Part shown: piece after piece, positions 19,338 to 28,705 of the stretch
How the letters are laid out: every line of letters starts with the position of its first letter
Numbering within the stretch: position 1 is the first letter of the stretch
Origin: Chthonomonadales bacterium
GTDB lineage: Bacteria; Armatimonadota; Chthonomonadetes; Chthonomonadales; CAJBBX01
Length of the DNA: 64,000 bases
Reading direction: 5' to 3'
Assembly (NCBI GenBank): GCA_049967475.1
Contig: JBMFSQ010000003.1
Span: 1 to 64,000 of the forward strand
The notes under the pieces: model-generated
Database searches by the model: none
Told to the model about the DNA's origin: nothing
What the model saw: the letters and a program-made list of their open reading frames with translations, nothing else
Position numbers and translations under genes: made by a program

Positions 19338-20164
19338 CAGCCGCTCTCGATGCCGTTGGCCGAACAGGGTGTGTCTTCATCGCCGGAGGCACCAGGCGTG
19401 GAACATCCGCAGGACCGCACGTGCGGGATCTTGGGGATGGTGTGCAGAAAGAGTTGGATGAGGCGGCGGCCGGAGGCGGCCACGTTCCGTACCACGTCGT
19501 CGTGACGTATCGGTGATGCGCTGAGGCCGGTGCCCAGGTTGGCTACGACGGCCACTGCGGCGTAGCAGATACCGCACTCCCTCGCGAAGATGGCTTCCGG
19601 GAGACCGGTCATCCCTACAACATCCGCACCCCACGATGCGAAAAGGCGAACCTCGGAAGGCGTCTCAAACCGAGGTCCCGAAACGCAAATGTAGGTGCCC
19701 GTACTCTCGAGGGGAAGACCGGTTGCGGCCGCTTCCGCCGCAAGCACCGAGCGGAGTTCGGGGCAATAGGGCCGGCTGAAGTCCGTGTGGGCACGGGAAA
19801 TATCTTTTGATGACCTGGGCGCCAGGATGGTACAAGGCCGCGATCGGGTGAAATCAATGAAGTCGCTCAGAAGTACCAGGCTTCCCGGGAGCAGATCCGG
19901 GCGGAGCGATCCTACGGCATTCGTGGCCAGGATGCGTTGGATGCCCAGCTTTGCGAGAGCGGCAATGTTCGCCCGGTGGTTGATTTGGTGAGGAAGCCGT
20001 ACATGGTTGGGGCCATGTCGAGGAAGAACGACCACTTCTGCGTCGTCCAACACCAGCTTCAGGGGAGCAGCCGCGCCGTACCGAGTGCGCACCTGGAAGG
20101 GCTCTGCTCTGAAGCCAAGGTCGAGGGGAATGCCTGTACCGGTGATGATGGCGGTTTTACCCAC
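19334..20164 (-). CDS. MTAP-family purine nucleoside phosphorylase (probable methylthioinosine/6-oxopurine type)
   Basis: LPRHG..H..PHQINHRANI, NAVGSL, GPRFETPSE, VVGMTG.PEA, VVANL. GAGGAGG precedes GTG 20164. Confidence 0.88.
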   Translation of the reverse strand: MGKTAIITGTGIPLDLGFRAEPFQVRTRYGAAAPLKLVLDDAEVVVLPRHGPNHVRLPHQINHRANIAALAKLGIQRILATNAVGSLRPDLLPGSLVLLSDFIDFTRSRPCTILAPRSSKDISRAHTDFSRPYCPELRSVLAAEAAATGLPLESTGTYICVSGPRFETPSEVRLFASWGADVVGMTGLPEAIFARECGICYAAVAVVANLGTGLSASPIRHDDVVRNVAASGRRLIQLFLHTIPKIPHVRSCGCSTPGASGDEDTPCSANGIESGC

Positions 20165-20206
20165 GAGAACCTCCTCATGCGGATGATGTCGCCTGCGGGA
20201 AGAGTG

Positions 20207-22408
20207 ATGCGTCGGCATGCTCTAGTCGGCTCGGGATGGCCCTACGCATTGATCGCCCTCTTCGTGTTGCTGGTGCTTTATCCCTTTGTGTTTGGAGGGA
20301 AGTGCCTGTATTGGGGTGACCTCTCGCTCTATTTCTACCCGCTTTATGATGTTATGGCTCATGCATTGCGGTCTGGACGGTTGCCCCTGTGGAACCCCTA
20401 CGTGAACTGCGGCCAGCCCCTTTTGGGGAACCCACAGTCCTCGGTGTTTTATCCGAGTACGCTGGTTTACCTCCTTTGGTCTCCGTGGCGCGCGTATACG
20501 GTCGTGGTGGCAGCGCACCTCATTCTGGCCGGATGGGGAACGTATCTATACCTTCTTCGCCTCACCAACGACCGCGCCGCTTCCGCACTCGCAGGGGCGC
20601 TGTTTGCGGGAAGCGGGTATGTGGTGGCTCGCCTGCAGTTTCCCACCATGGTGCAGGCCATGGCCTATCTGCCGTGGATCCTCTGGCTGATAGACCGCGT
20701 TATCGCGGAACCCCGGGTCCTCAACGGCGTTTTCCTCTGTTTGGCTCTGGCGTGTTTGTTGGCCGCAGGGCACGCTCAGGTGGCCTACATGACGCTTGCC
20801 TGCGCGCTGGTTTATGGGGGAGTGCGGATCTGGCAGATGCGGGTTTCGGGGCGCAGGACGCGGGCTGCCGTAACGACGTTGGGTTGGGCGGGGATGCTGG
20901 CTTTGGTCCTGAACAGCGTGCAGCTTTTGCCTACGCTCCAGCTTTTCCGAATGTCTACCCGCACGCACCTTACCTGGGCCGAAACAAACCGCTTCGTGCT
21001 GCTTCCCGAGCAGCTTCTCAACTTTCTGGTGCCGCGGTTTTTCGGAGACCCAAGCCGTGGGGATTATTGGGGGGCAGGGAATGCTTGGGAGCCCTGCGTA
21101 TACGTGGGCATCCCGGCGCTCTGCCTGGCTGTACTTGCCCTTGCCGCGTCGCGCGGGAGAATGGCGGTGCGTTTTTATGGGTGGCTCGCTTTGATCTCGT
21201 TGCTGTTGGCCTTGGGCCGGTACGGGGGAATATTCTGGGCGGCCTATTACTTAGTTCCCGGCATCTCATCGTTTCATGATCCCGCGCGGTTCGCCTTCCT
21301 TACGACGTTCGCGCTATGCATCTTGGCCGGTTTGGGCATGAAGCTGCTAAAGGATCTTGGGGTGCCCGCCGCGGGACGAGCCGGGATTTTTGTTGTAGCA
21401 TGTGTGCAGCCGGCCGTTCTTTCGGGTACCTTCAATCCAGGCGCCACTCCAGAGGCCGTGGAGGCGCGTCCAGCCTTCGTTGCGTTACCGGATGCCCGCG
21501 CTCATCGCGTGTACAGCGCCCAGCATCAGGAGGTTTGGCAGCGATACGTGAACTACGCCGATTACGGGCCTGCCGGAGCCACAACGCTGAAATGGTTTGC
21601 CGACACACTGGAACCGAACCTGGGGATGCGCTTCGGCATCGCCGAGGCATCCGGATACGAGCCGGTTCCGGTAAGGTGGGTGGCTGAAGTAGACAGTCTG
21701 GTGCGATCGGCTCTCATGCGCCATCGAAGGAACCTGCCGGAGTTGTTGAGCCTGTTTGACGCGCGATGGCTCGTGCTTCCTCAGGGGACGCGTTACCGGC
21801 ACCCAGGGTTAGCGCCCCTGAGGGTTCCGGGAGCCGCGGTCTATCAGGTGCAAGGGAGTGGAACAGGAGCGTGGACGGTGCGGCGAACGGTGCGCGTGGA
21901 TGGCTCAGACCGATCTCTGGCCGCAATTTCGGAGCCAGGTTTCGATCCGCACACGGTGGCTGTGGTGAGCGGCAGTGGAGGCCTTGATGAGCGCCCTGCC
22001 AGCCTTGGGGAGCCTTTGCCCCCTCCTGCGGCTGTGCGCGTTTTGAAGATCAGCGCGTCATCCTTCACAGCAGAAGTTGCTGCGGGTCCATTTCCCGCGT
22101 TTTTGGTGCGGAGCGCCGCTGCATACCCAGGATGGCACGTGTGGGTAGACCGGGCACCCGCTCGTGTTGAAGTTGCCGATCACGCATTCCAGGGCGTGGT
22201 CGTGCCGCCGGGAAACCACCGCGTCACATTCCGATATGAGCCGGGAACTTTTCGGGTAGGGTTGTACCTCACTCTCGTTGCCTTCGGCGCGCTGGCATGC
22301 CTGGCAGCTCAGGGATTGCGTGAGCATAGATTGGCGATAAAGGAAATAGGGTCTGGTCAAAGTAATAACAAGGGGTCCGTGCAATGGCAGGCGAGTGAGG
22401 AGGGATAA
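20207..22408 (+). CDS. YfhO-family (GT-C-like) membrane protein
   Basis: GRLPLWNPYVNCGQPLLGNPQSSVFYP, multiple TMs, C-terminal YPGW.VWVD...VPPGNHRVTFRYEP. Confidence 0.85.
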   Translation: MRRHALVGSGWPYALIALFVLLVLYPFVFGGKCLYWGDLSLYFYPLYDVMAHALRSGRLPLWNPYVNCGQPLLGNPQSSVFYPSTLVYLLWSPWRAYTVVVAAHLILAGWGTYLYLLRLTNDRAASALAGALFAGSGYVVARLQFPTMVQAMAYLPWILWLIDRVIAEPRVLNGVFLCLALACLLAAGHAQVAYMTLACALVYGGVRIWQMRVSGRRTRAAVTTLGWAGMLALVLNSVQLLPTLQLFRMSTRTHLTWAETNRFVLLPEQLLNFLVPRFFGDPSRGDYWGAGNAWEPCVYVGIPALCLAVLALAASRGRMAVRFYGWLALISLLLALGRYGGIFWAAYYLVPGISSFHDPARFAFLTTFALCILAGLGMKLLKDLGVPAAGRAGIFVVACVQPAVLSGTFNPGATPEAVEARPAFVALPDARAHRVYSAQHQEVWQRYVNYADYGPAGATTLKWFADTLEPNLGMRFGIAEASGYEPVPVRWVAEVDSLVRSALMRHRRNLPELLSLFDARWLVLPQGTRYRHPGLAPLRVPGAAVYQVQGSGTGAWTVRRTVRVDGSDRSLAAISEPGFDPHTVAVVSGSGGLDERPASLGEPLPPPAAVRVLKISASSFTAEVAAGPFPAFLVRSAAAYPGWHVWVDRAPARVEVADHAFQGVVVPPGNHRVTFRYEPGTFRVGLYLTLVAFGALACLAAQGLREHRLAIKEIGSGQSNNKGSVQWQASEEG

Positions 22409-22410
22409 GC

Positions 22411-22851
22411 ATGAAGGTCTTCGAGCTGATGAAGACCCATGTGGTCAAGACGACCCCGGAGGCAACCCTTCGAGACGCGGTAGACATGATGGATCTCTAT
22501 CAGGTGAGTGGGCTGCCGGTAGTGAACGACCGCGATGAGCTTGTGGGCGTCGTGTCGGAGTACGACGTGATTCAGGCTCTTCTTCCCTCGTATGTTCAGC
22601 TTGGCGACGGCGGCGGTGCTGCACCGAACGCGGATCTGGCTACGCTCATCGCCCGAGTGCGAGACACGCCGGTTGCCCAGGCAATGAGCAGCCCGGCAGT
22701 GGCGGTAGATGAGAATACCGATGTTTTGGAGGCAGCGGCCATCATGCTGCAGCGGCGCTTCAAACGGTTGCCCGTCACCAGCGAAGGGCGGCTGGTGGGC
22801 GTCATCAGCCGCATTGACATTTGCCAGGCGGTACTAGAGGGGCAATTCTAG
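22411..22851 (+). CDS. CBS-domain protein
   Basis: Two CBS repeats (SGLPVVN..LVGVVSEYD; KRLPV...LVGVISRID). Confidence 0.92.
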   Translation: MKVFELMKTHVVKTTPEATLRDAVDMMDLYQVSGLPVVNDRDELVGVVSEYDVIQALLPSYVQLGDGGGAAPNADLATLIARVRDTPVAQAMSSPAVAVDENTDVLEAAAIMLQRRFKRLPVTSEGRLVGVISRIDICQAVLEGQF

Positions 22852-22918
22852 TGGGCCTGGAGCCGTGTCCAATTCTCGTTCCGGCGGCATAAGGCCGGCA
22901 GTGGAGGAGCAGCGATCC

Positions 22919-24085
22919 ATGCGTTCATGGCGTTTGGCAGGTATCATCGCCGCCACAGGCGGCATGCTCGTAGCGTCCTTGGCGGGGTGCAAGGAAAAGG
23001 CGTCGAGCTCGGAAGGGCAGACGAGCACTCAGATTGTAGTGGGCGAGTACGGCTCCATGACCGGGAGCGAATCCACATTCGGGCATTCCACCGACGACGG
23101 CATTCAACTTGCTGTGGAGCAGATCAATCAGAAGGGAGGTCTCAACGGCAAGAAGGTTGTGGTTCCTACGCCCGAAGATGATGAGAGCATCCCGCAGAAG
23201 GCCGAGACGGCGGTACGTCGGTTGGTGGATCGCGGGGTTGTGGCAGTGCTGGGAGAGGTGGCCAGCAGCGCCAGTATGGCCGGCGCGCCGGTTTGCCAGC
23301 AAAACCATATCCCGATGATTTCTCCGTCCTCCACGAACCCCAAGGTAACGGAGATTGGCGACTACATCTTCCGGGTATGCTTCACCGATCCATTCCAAGC
23401 TGCCGTGGTGGCGCGCTTCGCCAGGAGTACGCTGAAGGCCAAGACTGCGGCGATCTTCTACGACCAAGGGCAGGCCTATAGTGTGGGCTTCCGGGACGAG
23501 TTCCGAAAGGCCTTCGAGAAGGATGGAGGCAAAATCGTGATGGAAGCCTCCTATAGCAAGGACGACAAGGATTACAAAGCACCGTTGACCCAGATCAAAG
23601 CGGCAAACCCCGATTGCATCCTCGTACCCGGCTACTACACTCAGGCCGGTACGATTGCCAAACAAGCTCGAGATCTGGGCATCCAGGTGCCGCTCTTGGG
23701 AGGCGACGGCTGGGACTCCCAGGAATTCTTTACGTATGCCGGGCACAATATCAGCAATTGCTACTTTTCGGATCATATGGCGGTGGACGATCCGAACCCC
23801 GTGGTGCAGCACTTTGTACAGACCTATAAGGCCAAGTATGGTCATATGCCCGACGCTCTGGCTGCGTTGGGGTACGATGCCATGGGCCTGTTGTTCGACG
23901 CAATGAAGCGTGCCAAGAGCCTGAGCGGGCCGGACCTGCGCGACGCCATCGCGGCAACGAAGGACTACGACGGCGTCACGGGAAAGATCACCATCAATGC
24001 CCAGCGGAATGCAGACAAGCCGGCCGTTATTATCGAGGTAGCCAACGGGGGGTTCCACTTTAAGGAGCGGATCTCGAACCCCTAA
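22919..24085 (+). CDS. livK: Branched-chain amino acid ABC transporter substrate-binding lipoprotein (LivK/LivJ family)
   Basis: Lipobox LAGC, LAVEQINQKGG, SPSSTNP..T, FRVCFTD..Q, LGGDGWDS. Confidence 0.9.
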   Translation: MRSWRLAGIIAATGGMLVASLAGCKEKASSSEGQTSTQIVVGEYGSMTGSESTFGHSTDDGIQLAVEQINQKGGLNGKKVVVPTPEDDESIPQKAETAVRRLVDRGVVAVLGEVASSASMAGAPVCQQNHIPMISPSSTNPKVTEIGDYIFRVCFTDPFQAAVVARFARSTLKAKTAAIFYDQGQAYSVGFRDEFRKAFEKDGGKIVMEASYSKDDKDYKAPLTQIKAANPDCILVPGYYTQAGTIAKQARDLGIQVPLLGGDGWDSQEFFTYAGHNISNCYFSDHMAVDDPNPVVQHFVQTYKAKYGHMPDALAALGYDAMGLLFDAMKRAKSLSGPDLRDAIAATKDYDGVTGKITINAQRNADKPAVIIEVANGGFHFKERISNP

Positions 24086-24165
24086 TCTGCGCAGCGTGGA
24101 TGCTCGTTCCGCGGCCGGCAGCGAGTGAACGCTCCGGCCGCTTCCACGCCGCACGGGAGGTGCCC

Positions 24166-25086
24166 TTGGAGTCTGTTCAGCTCTTTTTGCAGCAAATCAT
24201 CAACGGCGTCCAGATTGGAGCCGTGTACGCCCTCATCGCCGTCGGCTACACCATGGTGTACGGAGTGCTTCGCTTCATCAACTTCGCCCACGGCGACGTG
24301 TACATGGTTGGCGCCTACCTGGGCCTCTTTGCCGTTACAGGATTGCTGGCGCACCAGGTGCCCGCCGTGCAATTGGTTGGCGCTTTGATTGTATGCATGG
24401 TAGGTTGTGGAGCTCTCGGAGTGCTCATCGAGCGAATGGCGTATCGCCCCATCCGCCGGTCGGGCCGCTTGGCTGCGTTGATAACCGCCATTGGCGTGTC
24501 GCTGCTGCTGGAAAATGGCTGGCAGGCCGGCTTCGGAGCTACACCACGCGCCTACCAGATCCATCAGATTGGTGAGCCGATCAATGTGCACTTTGGGGGT
24601 CTTGTGCTCAACTTCGATACGGGGCAGGTGGTGGTGCTGCTGGCCGCAGTGGCTCTCACAGCGTTGTTGATGTTCATCGTGCGGCGTACAACCATCGGGC
24701 GCTCCATACGGGCCGTGTCCTTTGACCGGGAGGCTGCAGCCCTCATGGGTGTCAATACGGACACGGCCATCACCATCACATTCCTGATTGGGTCCAGTTT
24801 GGCTGGGGCTGCGGGACTGCTGAACCACGGCCTCACCCGCCAGACCTTCGATCCCCTTACCGGCATCGCCTTGGGCTTGAAGGCGTTCGTTGCTGCCGTG
24901 TTGGGGGGTATCGGCAACATCGCCGGCGCAGTGCTGGGGGGATTGCTCATGGGGCTCTCCGAGTCCTTCGTTGGGGGATCATCCCTCTCCAGCTTCCGCG
25001 ATGCGTTTGCCTTCATCGTCTTGATTGCGGTTCTGCTGTTCCGGCCGTCGGGGATCCTCGGGCAGAACCTAGCGGAGAAGGTCTAG
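24166..25086 (+). CDS. livH: Branched-chain amino acid ABC permease
   Basis: YALIAVGYTMVYGVLRFINFAHG, KAFVAAVLGGIG, RPSGILG. Confidence 0.95.
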   Translation: MESVQLFLQQIINGVQIGAVYALIAVGYTMVYGVLRFINFAHGDVYMVGAYLGLFAVTGLLAHQVPAVQLVGALIVCMVGCGALGVLIERMAYRPIRRSGRLAALITAIGVSLLLENGWQAGFGATPRAYQIHQIGEPINVHFGGLVLNFDTGQVVVLLAAVALTALLMFIVRRTTIGRSIRAVSFDREAAALMGVNTDTAITITFLIGSSLAGAAGLLNHGLTRQTFDPLTGIALGLKAFVAAVLGGIGNIAGAVLGGLLMGLSESFVGGSSLSSFRDAFAFIVLIAVLLFRPSGILGQNLAEKV

Positions 25087-25089
25087 CCG

Positions 25090-27156
25090 ATGAAGCGTTT
25101 GGGATTGCGGCTCGTATGGATCGTGTTGGTGGTGGCTTTGGTGGAGGCGCTTTCCGTGGGTGCTGGGAACCTGCGGGATTATGTGCTGGACATCATCGTC
25201 CAATGCGGCATCGCCGTAATCCTGGCTGTGAGCCTCAATATCGTAAACGGTTTCACGGGTCAATTCTCCATAGGTCATGCCGGTTTCATGGCTGTAGGGG
25301 CCTATGTTGGCGGCGCGGTGAGCTACCTGGTTTGGGTGCCGGCCCAGGAAGCGATAGCGAAGGCCCATCCTTCGTGGGGAAGCGATCAAGTACTGGCCGC
25401 CTTCGCTGCCGGCCACTTCTGGGTCCTCCCTGTTGCAATGATCCTCGGTGGTTGTGTGGCGGCGCTGTTCGGGTGGGCGGTGGGATTGCCGAGCCTGCGG
25501 CTGCGGGGAGATTACCTGGCCATTGTAACTCTGGGCTTCGGCGAGATCATCCGTGTACTCTTGGAGAATGCCAACAAGATCTCTCCTGCGGCGGACTTCT
25601 TGGGCGGAGCCGTTGGGTTTTACGGCATCCCGCATATTGCGGGCTTCTTCCACGTGTTCGTCACTGCCGCCCTCGTGATTGTGCTCACCCGCAACCTGAA
25701 GTTCTCCCTCCACGGTCTTGCGTATCAATCCGTTCGTGAGGACGAGGTGGCTGCGGACGCCATGGGGGTAGACACGACGCGCGTCAAGGTAGCGGCCTTC
25801 GCCCTGGCCGCCTTCTTTGCGGGAATGGGCGGAGCTCTTTTCGCCCATGCATACTTCTTCGTGCCCAAGACCTTCAATTTCATCCTCTCCATGAACTACG
25901 TGGTGATGATCGTTTTGGGCGGCACAGGAAGCATCACCGGCGCCACGCTTTCGGCAATCGTCCTCACAACAGCGCCTGAAGTGCTCAAACTTTTCAAGGA
26001 TCGCATACCCGGCTTCAAAGACGAGTACCGCCTGGTTCTTTATGCGTTGCTGCTCATCATCATGATGCTTTTGCGTCCGCAGGGCGTATTCGGACGGACG
26101 GAACTGACCTTTCGGCGGAGGCAGCGGCGCCCATCGGATGCGGCATCGCCGCCTGGGCCCGTAGTGCCTATCCATCGTTCGGATGAGGGGGTTGAAGCCT
26201 TGCGGCTCCGGGAAGCCCGCAAGAGCTTCGGCGGATTGATGGCAGTGGACGGCATCAGCCTCTACCTGAAACAGGGCGAACTGGTGGGGCTCATCGGCCC
26301 AAACGGCGCAGGGAAGACTACGGTGTTCAATTTGATGACGGGAGTTTACGAGCTGTCGTCCGGTGAGATCCTTTTTGAGGGGCGCCTCCTCGCAGGAGAG
26401 CGCCTGTACCCGGCGTGGCAGCGTGCGGCTCTTCTGATATGGGACGGATTGCTCATGTGCGCCGGGGGATGGATCGCCGGCAGCATCGTGTCTACTTCTA
26501 CGAGGGCTTCTGTAACGGGGCTGTTCACTGCAGCCGGCTTCCTCACAGCGTTGGTTACTGCCGGCCGCAGGCGGCGCTTTCGCCCGGCCCTCAAGCCTTA
26601 TCAGTTCGCCCAGGCAGGCATCGCCCGTACCTTTCAGAATATCCGCCTCTTCCCGGAACTTACCGTGCTGGAGAATGTGATGATCGGCGCCTATGTGCGC
26701 AGACGGACGACCTTGTGGGATGCGCTCTTTCGCACAGCGCGTATGGAGCGAGAGGATGCGGCGGTGGAGGCCTTTGCGCGAGCTCTCTTGGCACGCTTCA
26801 ACCTCGACGCGGTTGCCGACGAACCCGCCAAAAGTCTTCCCTATGGAGCTCAACGCCGCCTCGAGATTGCTCGGGCGCTGGCTACGCATCCGCGCCTCCT
26901 TCTTCTGGATGAACCGGCGGCCGGAATGAACCCCCAGGAGAAGGTCGCCCTGATGGAGGATATTTTGCGCATCAGGGAGGAGTTTGGGCTAACGATCCTG
27001 CTGATCGAACACGACATGCGGGTGGTTATGTCCATCTGCGAGCGTATCTATGTGCTGGACTACGGCGAGATTATCGCCGAGGGCACTCCGGAGCAGGTGC
27101 GCAGTGATCCTAAAGTCATTGCCGCGTACCTTGGGCAGGAGACCCCGGCATGTTGA
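25090..27156 (+). CDS. Fused LivM permease-LivG ATPase with a hydrophobic insert in the ATPase domain
   Basis: LivM motifs (GQFSIGHAGF, RLRGDYLAIVTLGFGEIIR) followed by Walker A GPNGAGKT, ARTFQNIRLF, LPYGAQRRLEIARAL, LLLDEP, IEHDM. Confidence 0.93.
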   Translation: MKRLGLRLVWIVLVVALVEALSVGAGNLRDYVLDIIVQCGIAVILAVSLNIVNGFTGQFSIGHAGFMAVGAYVGGAVSYLVWVPAQEAIAKAHPSWGSDQVLAAFAAGHFWVLPVAMILGGCVAALFGWAVGLPSLRLRGDYLAIVTLGFGEIIRVLLENANKISPAADFLGGAVGFYGIPHIAGFFHVFVTAALVIVLTRNLKFSLHGLAYQSVREDEVAADAMGVDTTRVKVAAFALAAFFAGMGGALFAHAYFFVPKTFNFILSMNYVVMIVLGGTGSITGATLSAIVLTTAPEVLKLFKDRIPGFKDEYRLVLYALLLIIMMLLRPQGVFGRTELTFRRRQRRPSDAASPPGPVVPIHRSDEGVEALRLREARKSFGGLMAVDGISLYLKQGELVGLIGPNGAGKTTVFNLMTGVYELSSGEILFEGRLLAGERLYPAWQRAALLIWDGLLMCAGGWIAGSIVSTSTRASVTGLFTAAGFLTALVTAGRRRRFRPALKPYQFAQAGIARTFQNIRLFPELTVLENVMIGAYVRRRTTLWDALFRTARMEREDAAVEAFARALLARFNLDAVADEPAKSLPYGAQRRLEIARALATHPRLLLLDEPAAGMNPQEKVALMEDILRIREEFGLTILLIEHDMRVVMSICERIYVLDYGEIIAEGTPEQVRSDPKVIAAYLGQETPAC

Positions 27157-27857
27157 GCGTGGAGCAGGTAGACGTCTACTACGGCGCAATCCACGCATTG
27201 GATAGCGTGAGCCTGCGGGTGGATCAGGGCGAAATCGTGACCATGATCGGGGCGAATGGAGCGGGAAAGACCACTACCATCCGTACCGTGTCGGGCCTGG
27301 TGCGCCCTCGAAGCGGCCGCATCCTGTTTGATGGGGAAGAGATTACGCGCGTGCCCCCTCATAAGTTGGTGGAGCGCGGCCTCTGCCAGGTCCCGGAGGG
27401 CCGGCGCATCTTTGCAAACCTGACGGTGCTCGAGAACCTGCAACTGGGTGCATACATCCATCGGCACAAACCGGCGCAGGTGCGAGAGGATATGGATCGG
27501 GTGATGCATCTGTTCCCTCGGCTTAAAGAGAGAGTGTCTCAGCTTGGGGGCACCCTCTCCGGCGGGGAGCAGCAGATGCTCGCCATCGGCCGGGCGCTGA
27601 TGGCTCGTCCGCGCTTGCTCATGCTGGATGAGCCCTCGTTGGGCTTGGCGCCCTTCTTGGTGCAGCAGATCTTTCAGATTATCCGGGATATCAACGCCCA
27701 GGGAACCACCATTTTGTTGGTGGAGCAAAACGCTTTTCAGGCTCTCCACATCGCCGGCCGCGGTTATGTTTTGGAGACGGGCCGGGTGGTGCTCGAGGAT
27801 CGCGCTTCGGTTCTGTTAGCCAATGAAGATGTGAAACGCGCCTATCTTGGTGAATAG
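27150..27857 (+). CDS. livF: Branched-chain amino acid ABC ATPase
   Basis: GANGAGKT, VPEGRRIF, LSGGEQQML, LDEPSLGLAP, VEQNA. Confidence 0.96.
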   Translation: MLSVEQVDVYYGAIHALDSVSLRVDQGEIVTMIGANGAGKTTTIRTVSGLVRPRSGRILFDGEEITRVPPHKLVERGLCQVPEGRRIFANLTVLENLQLGAYIHRHKPAQVREDMDRVMHLFPRLKERVSQLGGTLSGGEQQMLAIGRALMARPRLLMLDEPSLGLAPFLVQQIFQIIRDINAQGTTILLVEQNAFQALHIAGRGYVLETGRVVLEDRASVLLANEDVKRAYLGE

Positions 27858-27889
27858 GGGCCTGCGGTCCACGGCCTCGTGGGAAAGCC

Positions 27890-28705
27890 ATGGAAGACGC
27901 CGTCAAGGATCTAGGGTACGCACTAATCGGGCTGGCGCTCTTCTCCGGCTTGATGACCGGCAGAGCCCAGTACGCGGCGCGCAGAGATCTGCACCACGCT
28001 CTTCCTGGAGCGAAGCTGAGCGTCCGCGTCGATTCCCGCGGGGTCTTCGGCATGGCACTCGGGAGAGCCTATCGAGTGCGGATCGAAGCTTCTGATTTCG
28101 GTGCGGCATCCCTGCCCTTTACGCTTGAACCTGGCGGCGGACCCACGGCGGAGGCACGCCATTTACAATTGCATTTGCGCGACATCGTCCTTGCCGGCCT
28201 GCCGGTAAAGCTCTTGGATGCCGACATTCCCTTTGTAAAGGTGGATGCCGGCCGCGCCCTTTTTTCGGGACATCTTACGCTGCGATCGGCAGAAGCCGGT
28301 ACGGGCACGGCCATTCTCACTGAGGATGGGCTTGCCCGCTTCCTTGCATCCAGACATCCTGAGCTCACCAACGTCCGGGTGGTCATCGGGATATCGGGGA
28401 TATCGGTATCGGCGCGAACAGGCCTCTTGTTGGGAATGGCCGATATAGAGATGCAGGCTGGTTTGGCGGTTCGGGAAGGCCGGTACTTGGATGCCGTGAG
28501 CGCCAAAGTGTCTGTAGGCGGAAGAGAGGTGCCGGCGAGCCTCGCTGCCCGATTGTTGGCTGTGATGAACCCTGTACTCGATGTGGAGCGGGACCTGCAT
28601 TTGGGAGATTGGCTGTACGTAACCGGGTTGGAACTTCAGCAAGGAGCCGCGTTGGTTCGTGCCCGCGTGACCATACCAGCGAAGCGAAAGGAGAAGATGG
28701 AGTGA
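27890..28705 (+). CDS. DUF2993/LmeA-like membrane-anchored protein
   Basis: N-terminal TM followed by a beta-rich elongated domain. Family assignment from overall pattern only. Confidence 0.55.
   Translation: MEDAVKDLGYALIGLALFSGLMTGRAQYAARRDLHHALPGAKLSVRVDSRGVFGMALGRAYRVRIEASDFGAASLPFTLEPGGGPTAEARHLQLHLRDIVLAGLPVKLLDADIPFVKVDAGRALFSGHLTLRSAEAGTGTAILTEDGLARFLASRHPELTNVRVVIGISGISVSARTGLLLGMADIEMQAGLAVREGRYLDAVSAKVSVGGREVPASLAARLLAVMNPVLDVERDLHLGDWLYVTGLELQQGAALVRARVTIPAKRKEKME

Noticed and set aside
22925..26889. Long antisense ORFs (409 aa, 606 aa; likewise 49369..51207, 53970..55442, 55478..56929)
   Set aside because: Typical stop-poor antisense frames of GC-rich genes that are clearly identified on the opposite strand.
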